The notes beneath the pieces were generated by a model. The model was not told the DNA's origin. It ran no database searches and worked only from the letters and a program-made list of their open reading frames with translations. Shown here one piece after another: positions 61,750 through 64,000 of a DNA stretch of 64,000 bases. The translations under genes were made by a program, and so were the position numbers. The stretch is taken from assembly GCA_027339965.1 (NCBI GenBank), contig DAHWNL010000014.1, positions 1 through 64,000 on the forward strand, read 5' to 3'. Source of the DNA: Granulicella sp. GTDB lineage: Bacteria > Acidobacteriota > Terriglobia > Terriglobales > Acidobacteriaceae. Position 1 is the first letter of the stretch. Every line of letters starts with the position of its first letter.

Positions 61750-62330
61750 ATCAAAGTTCCTGCTCGCTTGGCTACGCTTAGCTTAGTCTTTTCTCTTGCC
61801 GCCAGTTTCGCCGCCTTTCGCCAAATGAGTGGTCCCATGAGTGGGACGAGCGGTGCTCAAAATGAGAAGCTCCTCAGCCCCCCGCTATGACGTCCGTCTC
61901 GCTTGGCGGAATCCACATCACCATCCACTACGGCTCGCCTGCCAAGCGCGGCCGGGTCATCGTGGGTGGTCTGTGCCCTACGGCCAGGTCTGGCGGACTG
62001 GAGCTAACAAGGCGACCAGCTTTGTGACTACCGGCGACCTGAAGATCGGCACGCTGCACGTGCCTGCCGGGAGTTACACGATGTTCACGCTGCCGCAGGC
62101 GCCAGGTACACCCTGGCAGTTGATCCTCAGCAAGAAGACCAGCGAGTGGGGCATTCCTTATCCCAGCGGCGATGATTTGGGGCGCACTCCGATGCACGGA
62201 GCCAAGCTGCCCAAGACGCAGCAGTCCTTGACCATCAGCTTTGAACACACCACCAAGCACTCCACGGAGCTACATGTCCGCTGGGAGAACACGGATGAGT
62301 CGGTCTTGATTCCGGCTGTGATCCAGGCTG
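61750..62330 (+). pseudogene. DUF2911-like exported protein, disrupted
   Basis: LLSPP / ITIHYGSPAKRGRVIVGG / VPYGQVWRTGANKATSF...LHVRWENT lie in three frames; the start position reads ATC. End approximate. Confidence 0.72.
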
Positions 62331-62425
62331 TGAAGGAGGGCTCCGCAAGCAGAACCGGGCAAGCGAAGAGATGCGGGCAGGTCCTGCGCGCTCAAGACCG
62401 CGTGGGGCAGCCGACGTGGTCTACC

Positions 62426-62770
62426 TCAGCGCTCCCGCTGGGCGCGCCTCTCCTCAGCCTCGGCATTGAGCTTCTCCAGCGCCGAGGCTACCAGCTCCTT
62501 GGCTCCGCCGATGCCGGCCATGATGGCCTGCAGGTCCATCTTTGGCAACGTCGGGTTGCGCTCGCCGGCGCAGTAGACGCCGTGCTGGCCCACCAGCACC
62601 ATGGCATCGGTGAGTACATTCAGCGCGACGCTCAATCGCCCCCGCGCCTCGCCACGCATGAACTCCTCGCGCTCCAGTTCTTCGGCGCGCGCGTAAAAGA
62701 CGTCTCCGTGCCGATAGAACGGTGAGTGCCGGCTCTTGTCCGGTTCGGAACTTCGGTTGTCGTTCGCCAA
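62426..62770 (-). CDS. Hypothetical helical protein
   Basis: TTG start with GGAGG ribosome-binding site, downstream of gcvPB; 114 aa. Confidence 0.65.
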   Translation of the reverse strand: MANDNRSSEPDKSRHSPFYRHGDVFYARAEELEREEFMRGEARGRLSVALNVLTDAMVLVGQHGVYCAGERNPTLPKMDLQAIMAGIGGAKELVASALEKLNAEAEERRAQRER

Positions 62771-62784
62771 CGTGGCGCCTCCTC

Positions 62785-62814
62785 TGGAAAGATGACCGAT
62801 GGAAAGATGACCGA
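62785..62814. repeat. Perfect 15-bp tandem duplication TGGAAAGATGACCGA x2
   Basis: Read directly from the sequence. Confidence 0.95.
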
Positions 62815-62864
62815 TCAGGAAGAGGACCGGATCCTCCCGAAGCCTTCTTCGCTGCTGCGCAGCT

Positions 62865-64000
62865 TCATCTGGTCACTGGATTCAGCGACTCGGCCGCGGG
62901 GCTCTTCCAGCGCAGCACCGGCTTTCGCGCCGCGGAGGTCTCATCGAGGCGTTGCATCCGTGTCGTATGGGGCGCGGTGCGCACCAGTTCCGGGTTTTCT
63001 TCTGCTTCGCGCGCAATCTGCCGCAGCGCGTCGATCAAAAGATCCAGCTCCTCGCGGCTCTCGCTCTCGGTCGGCTCGATCATCATGGCTCCGGGAACCA
63101 CCAGGGGAAAACTGACCGTGTAGGCGTGGAAGCCGTAGTCGATCAGCCGCTTGCCCATGTCGCCGGTCTTGACGCCGGGCTGGCCGTCCTTGCGCTGGGA
63201 CTGCAACCGGTCGCTGAAGACCACCTCATGCAGGGAGGGCGACTTGTAGGGCAGATCGAAGACTCCCTCCAGTTTGGCCCGGATGTAGTTGGCGTTGAGT
63301 ACGGCATCCTCTGTGGTCTGGCGCAGGCCGTCCGGTCCGTTGGCCAAAATGTAGGCCAGCGCGCGGACAAACATGCCGAAGTTGCCGTACCAGGCGCGCA
63401 CCCTGCCAATGCTCTGCGGCCGGTTGTCGACCAGGCTGAGCGAGCCGTCGGGAAGGCTTCGAATGGTCGGCACGGGGAGAAACGATTCGAGGATCTGCTT
63501 GCAGGCCACCGGACCCGAGCCCGGTCCGCCGCCGCCGTGGGGCGTGGAGAAGGTCTTGTGCAGGTTCAGGTGCATCACGTCCACGCCGAAGTCTCCCGGC
63601 CGGGTCTTGCCCACCAGTGCATTCATGTTGGCGCCGTCCATGTAGAGCAGCGCGCCTTTGGCGTGCAGGATGTCGGCAATCTTGTGAATCTCACTCTCGA
63701 AGACCCCGATGGTGGAGGGATTGGTCAACATCATGGCGGCCACGTCCTGGTCCACCATGCGCTCCAGCTCGGCCAGGTCCACCATGCCCAGGGAGTTGGA
63801 CTTCAGGTTTGCCACCTGATAGCCGCATATTGCCGCCGTGGCCGGATTGGTGCCGTGCGCGGAGTCTGGAATGATGATCTTCTTGCGCGCGTCGCCCCTG
63901 GACTCCTGATAGGCGCGGACCAGCAACATCCCCGTGAGCTCTCCCTGCGCTCCGGCCGCCGGCTGCAGTGTAATCGCCTCCATGCCGGTGATCTCCAGCA
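62865..64000 (-). CDS. gcvPB: Glycine dehydrogenase subunit 2 (5'-truncated by window)
   Basis: QPAAGAQGELTG, PDSAHGTNPA, YMDGANMN, HLNLHKTFSTPHGGGGPG and MIEPTESES. Confidence 0.96.
   Translation of the reverse strand, partial: LEITGMEAITLQPAAGAQGELTGMLLVRAYQESRGDARKKIIIPDSAHGTNPATAAICGYQVANLKSNSLGMVDLAELERMVDQDVAAMMLTNPSTIGVFESEIHKIADILHAKGALLYMDGANMNALVGKTRPGDFGVDVMHLNLHKTFSTPHGGGGPGSGPVACKQILESFLPVPTIRSLPDGSLSLVDNRPQSIGRVRAWYGNFGMFVRALAYILANGPDGLRQTTEDAVLNANYIRAKLEGVFDLPYKSPSLHEVVFSDRLQSQRKDGQPGVKTGDMGKRLIDYGFHAYTVSFPLVVPGAMMIEPTESESREELDLLIDALRQIAREAEENPELVRTAPHTTRMQRLDETSAARKPVLRWKSPAAESLNPVTR

Noticed and set aside
1..64000. CRISPR array or cas genes
   Set aside because: Only two-copy tandem duplications without spacers were seen, and no cas-like ORFs.

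Overview
High-GC chromosomal window, most likely from an Acidobacteriota (Terriglobia-like) genome. This is inferred from gene content (long RibH, paired beta-propeller lipoproteins, many Tat-exported glycoside hydrolases) and was not checked against a database. Most of the window is housekeeping and cell-envelope genes: glmS, an mdtABC-OMF efflux operon, ribH-nusB, kdsA, acpS, an MCE protein, glgP, bcp, tRNA-Arg(CCG) and partial gcvPB. The left edge is an IS630 element with a -1 frameshift site. The 36-52 kb region is the most interesting. A Wzx/Wzy polysaccharide locus is cut by an apparent deletion that fuses a primase-like N-terminus to a glycosyltransferase C-terminus. After it come mobile-element remnants (XRE repressor, a RelE toxin-antitoxin pair apparently disarmed by one base change, a DUF6429-like gene, a branched hairpin). 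These are followed by an intact-looking DabAB inorganic-carbon pump with a divergent LysR and a neighbouring cation/H+ antiporter; no Rubisco is in view. Other notable items are a VOC-domain-lumazine synthase fusion, a ~140-aa Ser/Thr/Gly insertion in MdtB, a secreted adenosine deaminase, a sulfatase with an altered metal motif and widespread leaderless promoter architecture. All family calls come from motif recognition by eye; nothing here is confirmed as previously undescribed.
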